From: Lingula anatina
Taxonomy: Eukaryota; Animalia; Brachiopoda
DNA: 64,000 nt
Direction: 5' to 3'
Assembly: GCA_051362555.1 (NCBI GenBank)
Contig: CM120641.1
Location: 21,452,001-21,516,000, forward strand
A model generated the notes under the pieces. The model had not been told where the DNA came from and did no database searches. It was given only the letters and a program-made list of their open reading frames with translations. How positions within the stretch are numbered: the stretch's first letter is position 1; each line of letters starts with the position of its first letter. Below are positions 42,476 to 57,400 of this stretch, in pieces. Position numbers and translations under genes: made by a program.

Positions 42476-45400
42476 ATGGGCACAGTTGTAAAGGAGAAAA
42501 GAAGGTAAGTTGAAGCACTGTTATTTTCCAGATGGAAAGGATCGCATGTGGGTCATAATTATGGTACTAAAATACCTGAAACCGTCGAAAGAAATGGTGT
42601 AGATCAGTAACGTGTGAGGTTTTATATATAAAGATTTGATATCGCGCCGTCTTACCACGTGCTGAAAGTCGACTAGACTGACAGCTGCAAGTAGCTAGCT
42701 AATGTCGTAGTAATGGTAATGGGACTATAAATTAAAGCAACTGTAATTAATGCAGTGGAACCATGGCAGCCGCGCTGTAAATGTATTAATTCATTTTAAT
42801 ATCGCAATTTAAGCCGGATTTTGAGCCAAAACACACCCCACCTTTTACAACGCGTCTGGCCAAAAATAAATGTACCCTTATTTGTTAAAACCTATTTATT
42901 AGTACATGTACAGCTTTAAGTAACACCAATATACCGGTAGTTAAATACATAAAATTGATTAATTTCCTGGGAATGGGTTTTAACAAATAGATAAGGCATT
43001 TAAACATACTTGGAAAGATATAGAATTGGTCAATACACCACAAAAGCATGGAGTTTGACGTGTGCCTTAAACTTTAATGTCTCTTATTTTATTTATTTAT
43101 ATTTACTTTTTTTCGGGGGGGGGGGGGGTGATACGTGATGGTTAAATAATATTCTTTTTTCTTTTTTTACTTCTTTAAAGCATTTTTAATGGGGATAACA
43201 TAATTGCCAGTAGCAAACTGCTGTAGTAGGATGTAGATATTTGACCTAAGGGATCTTGACCTTGTCCCAGTCTAAAGTTGCAATTGTTTTACATGGGCGT
43301 AACTAGGCATACGCACGGATGCACTGTGCATACAATTTCTCGGCCAACCATGATATTATTTTATGTAAATTTAGTGTATTTTTCACGGAATTTATATCGA
43401 AAATCCTCTGTGAATTAAAGTCACCTGTATGTACAAATCCTCTGTATAAGCACAATTGTTCTGACCCCCCGTCTTGCATACTTTTATTCAACTGAGATAA
43501 ACAATGCCTGTTACCTTTACAAGTCCTATCTTAATCGTCCATCTAACTGGAACATCCTTTACCTCTTAATTCTTCTGCCTTCAACTCTTCTGTTGTCATG
43601 AGAGTAACGAACGCACTATCGCTGACGATATTTATCTCAGGTAAAATCTACCTGTGAGTTATTTTCAAAGAGCAGCTCCCGTAGACCTGGGGGCACTAGA
43701 TAAAATCTGGACACCAGGTTTAATAAGGAGCTACAGAAACAAAAGAATAATTTTTCCTGCAAAGCTTCAAAGAATTTCACACGGACTTGATCCAGCTTAG
43801 CCCTCCAAACTAACGGGATGGCATGGGCAATTTTCACAAATAAATAATTAAACTTAGATGTTTCAGAGCTCTATTGTGTCATATAATTGGTTGTTTTTGG
43901 GAGCCACGCACCTGCATGAAAGCTGGATGAAACCGCATGTAAGTTCAACTCAGAGGAGGATCCAGGATTATTCGAAGAGGGGAGGGGGGTCCGCTGATGC
44001 GAAGTTAGCCTCCTTTTAAATGAATATACCGTTCTGGGTAAATAAAAATATTGAAACTTTATTAAATCGCGAGTACATTTTTGACTTAAATGATGATTTT
44101 ATCATAAATGGAAATTAAGCTACGATGTGTGGTACATATGCTGTGATTACGCTGTCCTTCATCTGTTGCGTTAGTCTACATTTTGCTGTACATGCTGGGT
44201 ATTTAAAAAATCTGTGCGTGCAATTTTTAAAGGTCTGGTTACGCCCCTGTTTTATGCCCCCCTTTTCCTGATTGTAAGACTTATATCCTAACTTCAGGTA
44301 GCTTACAGACATTGTGGAGATGTGCATTTTAGACTCCTGATTATCAACATGTTCTATTTTTTGTGACATAGGTCTGTGGATCACTATGTAAAGTTTCTCT
44401 TTTTCCAATAATGATTATTGGTTATTTTTTTCTATGCAGTAGAAACATTGAACTGAAAATCTGCACTGAAGTTGAACTTTTACATAATATTGAAATGTAT
44501 TTAGAAACACTAAAAAGTATTATTGAACTATATAGTACATGTATGACAAAAATTTAATGGATAACAGAATTTTAATTGAAATCATCTGAGATAGTCTGAA
44601 ACGAGGCCCCCAGCTGTCTGACCTCTGTCTGAAACCAGAAAAGTGCAGGAAGCTGCTTTACTTGAGGTGGGGTTAACTTCTCTGCAATAAAGTTGAAACA
44701 CTAGGCATTGGGAATGTCTTCTTTGTAAACATTGCAAAAGAGTTACTTAAAACAGAGTGAATGTGTGCTGGTATGCTGTATTTCAACAGAAATTCAAAGA
44801 ACATAACTATTTAAATATTCACGGCTAAATTCTTTCACCCTTTTTCTCATTGTCACACTTCACTTGCTAGTCTTGTCATTATTTCTGACCCAATTCTCCT
44901 CCAAATTGATAAAATCTTGTTTGATTTCTCACACAAAAGTGAGACTTTGGATCATCTTGGATGTTTTTCATTGAGTATTTATAGTTGAACATGGAGGATC
45001 CTTTTATATTACTTTGTCATGATAATTAATTTTGCCAAATGATTTTCTCAAAACTATACCTATTAGAAAATAATTTCTGATACAGATTAAAAAAAAAAAA
45101 CTAAATTACTTGTACCCATCACCATGACTGTGTTTGTCATTGGCACTAAGAGCGCATTCTCAACGAATTAAGCCAGGCTTTACAAAGCCGGTGACCTAAA
45201 AATGGCGGACGTACATGAAAGAAAAACCGCCTAATCTTTTAATAGTCTCTCCGCCTCCCCACACGTCGTCCCTGCGGGGTACAGTCGTGTCTCCGTTCGC
45301 CATGCGGAAGCTACCTGAGAAATATTAAGTGCGCATGCTCATCAGTTAGATTCGTGGTGAAGAAAGCATGGTGGCTGAAGGCGATCGAAGGAAAAAAGCT

Positions 45401-48400
45401 ATTCTGTTCTATTATCTTTGAAAACAGAGACGAAAAAGGAATAATTTGGCCCGTAGAGCAGCAATGAATCGACTATCTACGGAGATAATATCACCAGAGA
45501 TATTCACGGAAATATTAATGTTCGGAGCCGAGATTTAATTACTGTACCCCGCAGGGACGACGTGTGGGGAGGCGTGTGAGAGGCGGAGAGACTATTAAAA
45601 GATTAGGCGGTTTTTCTTTCATGTACGTCCGCCATTTTAAGGTCACCGGCTTTGTAAAGCCTGGCTTAATTCGTTGAGAATGCGCTCTAAATGTGATATG
45701 TATTACCTACAGTAGTGCAGAAGAAAACAATGCGTTCATAATGTGTCACAGACCATTAGCTCTCACAGAAGGCATTTCAGTCAAAGCTGTTTGCTACTGG
45801 ATATTTACAAATCAATGTAAAGCTTTAGATTTTACAACTGCAAAGTGTGATGACAAAATATTCTGACACTCAAAAATTTCTTGTGATAAACCTGAAATAT
45901 AACTATCAAAATTCTAGACTAGTTATAAATTAGAAGGCAAGGGGGTATTATACCAATCAAAGCACCTGAACAGTAACTATGAAAAAAAATCAATATTTAC
46001 AAAGCCACAATCCTGGTGATCAAGTACATTTTTAAGAATGAGTTAGTCATCTTAAAACAGTAAACCACAACTGGGGCCATAATACTCTGTAAAGTACACA
46101 TTTTACTATGGAATGTTTGACATGGCAAAATTAATAAGCTACACCTTTGTTGCAGGAAAATTCTGGTAGGTTGATGGAGAACGCCGGTGACATTTGCATT
46201 TGAGAAATAACAAAATAACAAGTTCATGTAAACAACCTGATAGTTATGAAGTGGACCTTGAATCTGACCTGGAGTTTGTACTTTTTTCTTGACACCAAAA
46301 TTTGAAGTATTTTAATAACCCCCCCTCCCCATCAAGATCAAAGTATAAAACACTAATGGTGTTATGAAGTTTTGAACTTTCATGATTTCCAACACATTAA
46401 TATTTGCAGGAGTGTGAAAATGCAGACTTATGTCATTTTATTGATTTATTTATTCATGTATTTTACTATTTTTTCATGTTTGTTTGTTTGTTTGTTTTTT
46501 TCCTGTGGAGGCTAAGATCAAGATCAAAGTATCGATCACTAATAATCTTGTGAGGTTTTGCACTTTTATAATTGCCTTTGATACAGTTTGCAGAAGTTAC
46601 ATGACTGTATGATTACAACCAGATATGAGGTTGTTTTGATTATTGAAACTCGAAACAAACTTGCTCAGTTTTTAAGCAAATGTTAGGCCTCGTCTTTGCA
46701 GGATCAGTTGATGATGGCCACTTTTTGTGTACAGACACTATTAGGGACAATTCCAAGACCCTGTCATACTAACTGTAGATTGATCTATCTCCGAGAGGAT
46801 TTTCACTAAATTGCAATCAACTTGAGTGGCTTAGATGTCTGTCACACTGCAAGGGGGTAATTAATTATCGTTTCGCAGCTTCAGTAGGTGTGCCTGACAT
46901 CTAAACTGCTCAGATGAAAGCAATTTAGTGAGAAACCCCTCGGAGATGGATTGATCCTGTTAGGTCAATCTAGGTATGGGAACTCAGTCCTAGTGTTTAA
47001 ATAAGTTTTGATTGCCCCTGTATGTTCATGAAGTGCATTTTTTGTTTGTGAAAATGCAAGTCGGGTTTAACAAATTGGCCAGATTAGCAGGAAAGGACAG
47101 TATATAGAAATCTTCATTTGCATTTTTTGTCTCTCCACATGTTTCTCATGTCTATTGTGATATCATCTCACTCAGTTTCCCTGCTAACACAATGGATTGG
47201 GTTATGTGAAGTGTTCAGTTCATAAACCATTTTGGAAAGGATGTAGATGCAGTGATACGCATTGACAATCGGTCAGAAAATGATAATACCATACAAACTG
47301 TTGAACTAAGATGCTCTGAGGAAATCCACCGAGCTATTTGAGCAGACTCGTATAAACATCCTTTTCATTTATATCTCCTCCATCCAGATTATGGGTTCCA
47401 TTAAATAAATCGGTGATTAACATAGGTTGGTTGACATTGGTCAGTTATAAGATACCAAACTCCAATGAAATGTTACATTTTTACTTTAACTAAATGACCA
47501 GGTTTATCAAAATGGTTATCTGAATGACTGAGTCGAAATCCATTAGAATGCTCTCTGTAGTTTGAAACTCAGCACAGTTAATTACGTTTTTTGTACTAAT
47601 TGCTCATCTTGTGGTATTTTGTGGTGCATGTATTTCTGTGTTCTGATCACCTCATGATCACTTGAATTCTGGTTTGGATGAATCCTGGGTTGCTCTGATT
47701 TATTATATTTTAAGGGAATCTAGCTAAGATAAGTGGTTATGAAGAAAAAAGCATTGATTTCCTGTAACTTTCAGCAATTTCCCCCTTTATCAGTAAGATG
47801 AAATGTGTGTTAATCTGAATTTGAATTTAAGGAACCAATTGTTTTAATGCTCTGAATTTAGCAATTTTCAGATTGACCATTCCTATTGTTTGATATTAAA
47901 ATTATTGAAGTTTTCAAGAAAATAATGATTTTTTCATCTCTTTAAGGCCCTGTCATGCCTAGATGCCATCGACTTGAACTTTGTTGTGTAATGTTTGTTA
48001 AATGTTCTAGTCTTGCTGTCTGATTTACACATGAGCAATTGGTACTTATTTTCCAATTTTGTCTCCACTTTCAAATGGTATTCTAAGACCATATTTAGCA
48101 CCTTGGGGGAATATAGCAGTCTAGTGTGAATAATAATAGACTTACCCATAATGGTAACTTGGATGAGCGATTTGCACTTCTCATGTACATTAGTTGCTAT
48201 GGGAAATATTGGCATAAATCTTCTTGTAAATTGTTTTTACAAACAGATCAAAATTGTGCGCATTTATAAAAAAAAATTTCAACGATAAACGTTTTAAAAC
48301 ATGTTTACACTTCATAGCAGCCAGTTCCTTGTATGACAGTTTTTATCAGAACTGTAATCCAAAATTGTTTGAACAAAATAAAGGGTTGAGATAAAAACAA

Positions 48401-51400
48401 CCTGCACATTGCCCATTTAGGCTTCATGCAAATGAATTGCTCTATCGCCATTTTGACCTATTTTTCTGGTCAGTGAAGGCTGTGTATATTTCATTGGGAA
48501 TCTTAAAGCTCAAAAATGACCATTTTTCTGGATGCTGCGGCCTCTTGACTAGTAGAAAGAATACCAAGAGATGCCTTACAAGTAGGTGAAGTTTGTTATT
48601 TGTAGATACCGGTGTTACTGTGAGCGTGAGTATGAAGAGGGTAAAGGTTCCCGCAAAGAGGTTATGACGTAAATATCATAGAGAGGAGAACGTGAGTTGT
48701 GGTGCAGTAAAGTGAGTCATTGCTCCAACTGATTTGATGAGAACACATTCCACTTTTTAAAGCTTCAATTCACATCGGAAGTTATACCCAGTTATCATGT
48801 GCCGCTCAGTGGTTAAAGCACGTCACAACAACCACGAAGACCTTGACATAGAATATTTTGCTGGAAAATCAGAGAAAACCAATCAGGATCAGGAAGCCAA
48901 CTCATCCGTTAAAAGGTTAAAAACACTGTTTCTCAAGTTATTTCTTTTAACATTGAGTAACCTAGGTGTCTGACATATATCTAAGTTATCCAGAATATAA
49001 ATCTGTTTGCATAATGTTTTTAATTTCCTGGTCTTGAAATTGAAAGTATTGGGATCCAAACCCTCCATCTTCAGAAACTTTGGAGTTACCACCAAGCCTG
49101 CAGGGAAAATGAATACCTTGTTCAGGTTTCTTATAGCTTTATAGTTTAAGTAACTTTGAAATTATTGTTATGTATGTTTGGTGGCTTTAAGTGGTAGTCA
49201 CTGATCTAAACTATTTTGTTTGTATATGGTTTCTGTATAAGTTATTATGTTGTAGTGATTTTACGTTTTTCCAGTGTATTGTGGGTGTATTGAGCAGTAT
49301 TGCAGTTTAGTAAATTTTGATGTTTTCAGAATGGGAAATTAAGTGTTATTAAGCATTTATTAATGAGAATTGATGGGACGAAACAGTAAAGCAGGCATTG
49401 AAGGAGATACTACAGAGAAATTTGAGAAAGAATTTTTATCATTACTTATTTTAAAGGTTGTAGAGGATACAAATATGAAACAAGTGGTTGTTCCATAGGA
49501 TATATTCCCATTTTGACTTACTTGTAGAGTTTGAAGTATTCATAGTTTTAAAGAAAAAAAGTTGTTTCAAAAGTTTTAACTTGTGTTTCGTAGTTATTGC
49601 TGCTTAAAACCGACAAAATTGTCCAAAAATTGACATTCACAATGACTTTATTTCTTATCTGTTTATTGGGTATGAATAAAAGCATTTACGGCAAATTATT
49701 GATTCTGTTTTATTTATGATGGTTTTCATTGCAGTAAAATCTTAAATGTACATATTTATTATGTATTTCTTACTGGTGTCTATATCCTGAAAGTCAAAAT
49801 GTGTTCAATTCTTGACTTTTTAAAATATATTTTTGATAAGTTTTTTTTTTAAAGTTGTATTGGTACATTGCTTAACTTTGGTTCATTACATATTTTCAGG
49901 GACCCAGGCAGAAGAAAAGAAAAATCACGTAATGCAGCTCGCGAACGTAGGGGAAAGGAAGCTGAGGTGTTTTCTGATTTGACCAATGAAATCCCACTGC
50001 CCCAGAATGCCACTGCTCAGCTGGACAAAGCCTCCATAATGAGGATCTCCATTGCTTACCTGAAACTCAGGTCTTTAATGGAGCAAGGTACATTTTTTTT
50101 GTTCTAATTGCAGTTGCAACATATTTTTACCTGGTGTTGACTAGTCCCATTCCAGTGCTCTCATTATCTTTTATCCAAATAGCCAAATGTTTACTAGAAA
50201 AAACCTTTTTTTTTTTTTTCAAAATATTTAATATCACATTTAATTGTGCATGCTAGTATTACCTTTGGGTGGACTTCTCAGCTTGGTTAATGTTAAAAAG
50301 GGGAAGTCAACTTTAACAAAAAGCAGGACCCTAATATTTACTTGTAAAAGACAACAACTAGACCCCTTCTGTGTTATAAAAAAAATTTGAATTTAAGCGA
50401 AGCATTGTGAAAAGTGGCCCTTAGAAGTATTTTTAAAATGCTCGACATTTTTTTTTCCTCTTGGCATGGGGCAAACATAAACATTGTGGCCATTGACGTA
50501 ATTGTTACCATTTCGGCAAATGGAGGTCATAAACAACATTTCAAAAGATCACAAATTTCTTTAAGTCCATATTGATTTTATCTGGAAGTAAAAAGATTTT
50601 TAGAAATTACTGTTTCTGCCCAATGGTCTAATAATGGCTTGGGTGAAAGTAATTGCCATAAGGAAGAGTAGAAGAATGTGACAATAATGACAAAAATGTA
50701 AATATTTACTAGATATTAAATATAAGTAATGTTTTATACATGTTCTACCTTCATATTGTATTGGTGTTGAGAAGTGGATTATTTAATTACTAGTACTGAT
50801 CTATTATAATTCAGAGAAGCCTTTGAAGTATAAAAAACATTTTTATATATTTTTCTAAAATATATATAGTTGTAGACACAACTTTTCTGTGAATTTTGAA
50901 ATGATTGAGATTACCATGGCATGGCAAAGTTTAATTTATTTCACATATTTTCATTACCTATGCATAGTGTATGAATATTTTGCTTGATCCCTTTTGAAAT
51001 TAATTAAATTTGGATAATTCCTAACCTCAGTCAAGAAAACCCACAGAAACAGATTTTATGCCTTAGAATTGAATCTAGTGTATCTGTTAGTGTTTATGAA
51101 GGATTGATGTACTCAAAAAAACATGCCTCTAGGCAATATATTGATTAATGCGTATAACTGTTACTATATTTATTAGTAAGAGAAATGACAGCTTCTATTT
51201 ATTTCTGAACGTGACAGCGCTGTATCTCTTAGTTTGATCACTTCTTCAGGAAACTAACATATTGAATTACAGACAAGGTGTGTCTGTGTGTGTGTGGCTT
51301 AATTATTTCAATAAGGGTAAATCGCAATAAGGATATAGATGGAGTACATTTACTTTTCAAATAACCTGAATAACCTTGAAAAATGGACTTTGGATCATGG

Positions 51401-54400
51401 CTAATCTTATAGTGAACTCGATGAAAACCCGGCAAGTAGAGGTGCCCAGCAGACCAGTTAACTAAAGAAATGTAATGATTCTGCACTTAATAGTCACTAA
51501 TGGACACATTCCAAATGTTCCTATATCATGTATATAGGAGCAGATGGTTTTGAGCCTTAAATGTGACTGCCTTGCAAATCTCTGAGGTCAGTACATACGT
51601 ACTGAAGGAGTCCCATCAAACCAATATCAGCAAGAGTTAATAAAATATCTGAATTACTTGTGAAAGTATTAATGAACTGATGGCAATTGTCTCAGTTGTC
51701 TTGTGATAGATATTGACAATTTGCCAGATGAGAATAATGAATGAAATAAGGGAATGTAGTCTGTCCTGACTTCAAGGGTAAGCAGTTACTTGAAGGTCAC
51801 ATTGCCGTTAAAATATGCCAAGGCTAGTCACATTTGGCTTCCTTATTTTGAATCAGCTTCTGGTGTAGGAGTTAAACTATGCCACTCATTACAGTTCTGG
51901 GTACAATAATTTGAATATGTAAGCTCCAGCCCCCCAGAAAAAGTCCCAAAATGGTTTCTGTGAGCCTTTTGTATTCAATATTTGGTGTAGATAATAATAA
52001 GGTCATTAATACTGTACAATATCGGATAAGTCACGTAGGCAAAATTGTGTTAGATGGGGCTGTTCAGAATCGGCCTGGGTGAACATTGTACATTTTCCTT
52101 ATTCACCCATCATTTGAATAACAATTAATGTTTTTCTTATATCTCATCTTCTTGAAAAGTGACAATATTATACTTCATTAATTTTTTTTCCTTGAAAGAT
52201 CTTAAGGAAAATTGGTTTTTCAAGGAGGAAATGGGATTGGGGTGGATACAGACTGAATGGATGAAATGTTTAACATGTAGTTGTCATAGCAATTACATCT
52301 ATATTTAATACCTTGTATAACAGATCTTAGTGCCATGGCACTATATTTGCCAATGCTGAGGCCTTGAAAATCAGGGTTATCTTAATCTTTATTTCAAATT
52401 CACGCATTTAATAAAAGCATATACTTGTTAATTTTAACGAAAAAAACTTGGATGTTAATATCTGAGAAAAGAAGATTTACCATAATAAGTATGCTGATTA
52501 GAATAGAAAGATATGATTTTCCTTTACCTGTATTCTAGGAGCTAAACCAGAGCCCCCAAGAAATGCCCTGGAGAAGAAAGCGGATCAATTATTCATGAAG
52601 GCTTTAGAGGGGTTTCTGATGGTTATTTCCAAGGAAGGTGACTTGGTGTATTTGTCTGAGACTGTCACCAAGTATTTGGGGCTATCAAATGTAAGTTTAT
52701 CAAGATTCATTAATTTTTTTTTTTTAATATATCAATTTAGTTTTTTTTTTTTTTAAGATGAAGGGTCATCATCTTTATTTAACTCAAGTAAATCATTTTT
52801 CTAGTATATTTACTAGGTGCACTATTGCTCCATTTCTTTTTTAAATTTGATTAGTTTTATTAGTAATTGAGTAAAATTATAAATGGAAAATTATGAATTA
52901 ATTAGTTGGCAGGATGCCTGTACCTTACTGTTTGCTATCCTCAAGTAAAAAAAAAATCAATATATTAATGTTAAATGAAGTAATAACTGGCTGTACGTTG
53001 AATTATTGCTTTGTTTCATTATTGAATATCTAAGATGTTTCATTCGGCATTTCTGAACCTGTGTAAATGCCTCAAGCACACAAAAATATCATTATTCTTT
53101 CTAATCTGTCTGTATTTTTGTCTGAAGAGGCAATATTACTGTAAAGATAGTACACAAGTTATATGAAGTGGGTATTAACCTGTAGGTATTACCAGGTCTC
53201 CTTAATATATCATTTTTACGCATCAGGTATATATGTTAAGTGTGTCTGTAACAGCAGGAAGCCTTTTTATTAGGACCCTGGGTTTATGGCATTTGGAAGC
53301 ATGTCTTCTGTCATGATTTGTGGTACATGATTCACGAATGTTTTGTCAGTTGTGTTTTTGGAAAAGGGAAATTTGTTCAACAAAGATGTTTTACTTGTAA
53401 AGGAATGCAAATACCATATGATGAAAGATTTGCAAGAGCCAAATATTCTTCTTGTTGGTAGTTAGCTCTTGTGGATACTCAATATTAGGGATATGATACT
53501 GGCATTTCCATGATGGAAGACTAGAGCTAAGCAGAAAATTGAAAAAAAAAAAGTTAAAGTAATAATGCAAAAGTCACATTGTTATTGCCAGTTACACAGG
53601 ATATCATGTATGTGGAAGTTGCAGAAGTCTAAATATAATGCCCAGCTTATAACCCAGCTGTGAGGAGAATAATGTACCAAAAATTTTCAGACAAGTACTT
53701 ACATTCAGAACTTGACAAAAAGTGTGTGCCTTTGTTTTTTTACATTTTAGTACTTGGATATGTTGATCTTTCTAATTAATTTCACAGAAACTGTTTCTCT
53801 GCATGGGTATAAGTGCTAAGTAAGAACATCTGTTCTTAGTTGTCACTATTGGCAATACTATATAAATTAGCACAATGTTAAACTAGTGCTTTATACTTTG
53901 TCAGCATGAAATAGATGTCTTTTAAGAAAGCCCTCACTATCTGGAATAGACATCTAAACTTACGCTGAAAGTATTGTAAGACTCTCCAGGTACCTCAACA
54001 GGTGATTTGGTTGAAGCACGTTTAGACTGTCAAATAAGGTTCAGCTGTTTGACATTGCCAGGCTTCAGGTTTGGTGTGCCCTCTAAGCTTGCTGTAAGGA
54101 TTGATTGCAGCTGTACAGAAGTGGGATACTGCTTGGCTGGCAACTTTTTAATTTAAACAAACAAGTCAATATACTACAAATATACAGCACTGAGTTTGTG
54201 GTTTATTTTTTCCAAGTGTGATTATGCCCAAGTTTTTTTTCTTTCCTTTTTTATGTAATGTGACATTAAAAAGCAGGATATATGGTGGATCTAGGTGAAA
54301 GACGTCCACAGTATAGGCCATAAATCTCAACAACAACTGGTTTTCAGTGTGTGTAAACCCTAAAAAAGAATTATAGCCTGGTGATACTTTCTCTTGATAA

Positions 54401-57400
54401 ATTGTTTACATTTTTCAAAATGTCAAATGTGGCTTGGGTGGAGATTAAAACATGAAATGTATAAAAAATGTTTAAAACAGACGTTTAAATTAATCAGACA
54501 TTTAAAGTTAAGGATTTATATTAAGTTTTATCCAAAATTTTTCCTCCTCCAAGAAATAATCCATGTACAGAAAAGAGACCGACTTTGCTTATAGTTCTTT
54601 GTAGTATTACAGATATGTATCATGAAATTGTGTTCCTAATCATTTGATCTCTGGGCTAGATTGTGAGAATTTTTTTCTGAAGGTTTCATGCTCCATGAAA
54701 ATTGTATTCAAAGGTAATCTGTGCACATTTGAAAATACCCCATAGTAATATTCTGATGTTTAGACAATTATTCTGCAAAGCTGACTTATTTTTCCCAGTC
54801 CAAACCTAAAGCAATATCACCCATCAAGTAAAAGATCCTGAATTTGATATTTCCTTCTCAAGTTATTTAATAAAAAAAAAGGACAAAATGTCAAATCCAA
54901 GCAATTTACAAAATAAATACTTGTTAGGCAAAATATTATTAAAGTTTTGCCATAAATCATTTTCTAATTGAAATAAGAAGTTGTTTACAAGGATCAGTAA
55001 ACTTGAAGTTACTTAGGCCTTAATGGTGTATATGAAGAAAATTGTGGTTTTGGAAATTATCCAGGATAGTGTCTGCGTGAAACCTCTGAAAAAAAATGCA
55101 AGTGTTTAGACGTCTGCGGTAAACCTGTCAGATCAGATTATGTGTGAACACTTCATTTTTTTGTTTGTTTTAGCATGCAGAAAAACTGATTTTTAAGAAT
55201 TTCTTCTAAAACTTTTCTTCAAATTATTGGAAAACTGTTTCTTGCATTGGAACACAATTGAAATTTGAAGCCGAACATGAAACCAGGTTTATTTGTTTTG
55301 TCGTTTTACACAAATTTGCTGGGGTCTCTTTTTTTTACCAGGAAATTAAGAAAAAAGAACATTGAACTAAAATATTGACACATTTGTTAAAGGGAAGTTT
55401 AATTGCTAGGCTATATATTGGAACTCCTGCAACATGTACTGAAGTGGCAGGACCACCTAAAGAACAAATTCATTTTAAGGTCTTTCTGCGTGTCTTCTTG
55501 CACGTAAAAGTCTGCACCATTGACTACAGGGAGCGGGCATAGAACAAAATTTAAACTAATGTCTGGCTTTCGTGTCAAGGAGGGGATGCAATATTCTCTC
55601 CTTCTTCCTGTCCATCAGAACAACTTTTATTGGAAAACTTAGTTTGGAGACTTTCTTCTGTATTGTGTATGATGGAGGATAAAATATTTGGTAAAACCAT
55701 TGTAGTTCAATTTGAAAGCTCTCTTTAGCACATATATCTCCATAAATAATTAACAGAAAGAAATGATAAATGTTGTCCTTAGTTTTTGAACATAAATCAT
55801 TTTGACATTTTGCAAAATATAATACTTGAACATGAGAGGTCTGCTTCATGTTGTCGCATTGATAAAGTAGACTGAGAAACCTCCATCTGCTTATAATATG
55901 TCAGCTCAGACAAGACTTTGAGGGGGACCAGCTGTCTCATAAAGCTCCCTTGCAAAAAAAAAAAAAACAACTACCCCATGAAGCTCATCACTGTAAGACA
56001 CAATTATATGACTTATAGAATACATTGTAATTTTTTTTTCAAACTGCGTCATCATGGATTTTCTATGGAATTTAGCAAGAAACATAATACCCATGACATA
56101 CACAAGGCTGTCAAATCAAACGAAAAAGGAGAAAAGTTGATAAAGTTGCGATGATTGATGAAAACGCGATGGACAACTACCTTTCTTTGCAATCAAGCCA
56201 TGTAGAATTCAATAAAGCTATCAGTAAACTGGATTTGAGGACAGGGTACTTAAAATGCCTTTAAGTCCCTAAAGAATTACATATACATATCTACTCTGTA
56301 TTTTGTGAAGATAATACCAGGCTATATGTTAGGTATAACTAACACATATGTAATGATCATATTCTTAAGTAATTGTGAACCTGCTAATTTAAGCATTACT
56401 AACTGAAGTAATGCATAAACTGTTCATTGCTTGAAATTTAAGTTATGATAGTGCCAATAATTTAATACAATTCAATACAATATATCATAATTTTTATTTC
56501 CCTTAGGTTTTTATTGTAACAATGGTCATTAGATTGATTGATTATTGTTATCTTGATTACATTCACCAAAGTAGTTGATTTTTTGTGTGTATTTTGTAGT
56601 GAAACATTTGTTAATATTTTCAAGGTGTATTTTAAACAGAACATAATAAGAAAGACGCTTAAAGTATTATTTTTATTGTAAATCATGAATTAAATTAATC
56701 TATATAGTAATTATTTTGTTATCATATGGTGAAAGTTCTAGGCTAAGGCTAGGGAAAATTTTTTTAGCATAATCAAAATGCTGAGCTAAATCTATTAATT
56801 TTGTGAAAAATAATAGTATACTTTATATTTTCTAAAGCCATCTAATCTAGAAAATGTTCAGCATTTAGCAAAACTTTACCATTTGAAAGTTTTTTCAGGT
56901 GTGGGCATCAGTTTTTGATTGACAACTTGCATCATCTTTTTCTCTACAGGTTGACTTCATTGGGCACAGCCTTTTTGACTTCACACACCCATGTGACCAT
57001 GAAGAAATGAGGGAAATGCTCCTCCCAAATTGCCATCACCTTAAGAACCCCATGGACAAACGCATTTTCTTCATGCGTATGAAATGCACATTAACAAGAA
57101 ATGGCCGAAATGTCAACCTGAAGTCAGCAACGTACAAGGTAAATGGAAACATGAAGTTTATGAATTACGAATTCATGGCTTTTCCTAACAATTTCAAGTT
57201 TATGGCCAAAAAAAAAATTATATTTGCTGATATGTCAATGAAATGAAATATTTAATTTTTGCCAGCTTTCTGTTAATATCCTTAAAATATTCAAATTTGC
57301 TTAACAATTTAGTTGCTTGTTTAGATGAATTGTGCTTGTGTATAGTTAAAAAAGACTTTTTTGATAATTGTTGCCCAAATTAGTTAAAAGATATTCATAT

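Noticed and set aside
55420-56260. Possible nested gene in HIF-alpha intron 3
   Set aside because: Only short, stop-interrupted frames with no recognisable domain or consistent splice chain.
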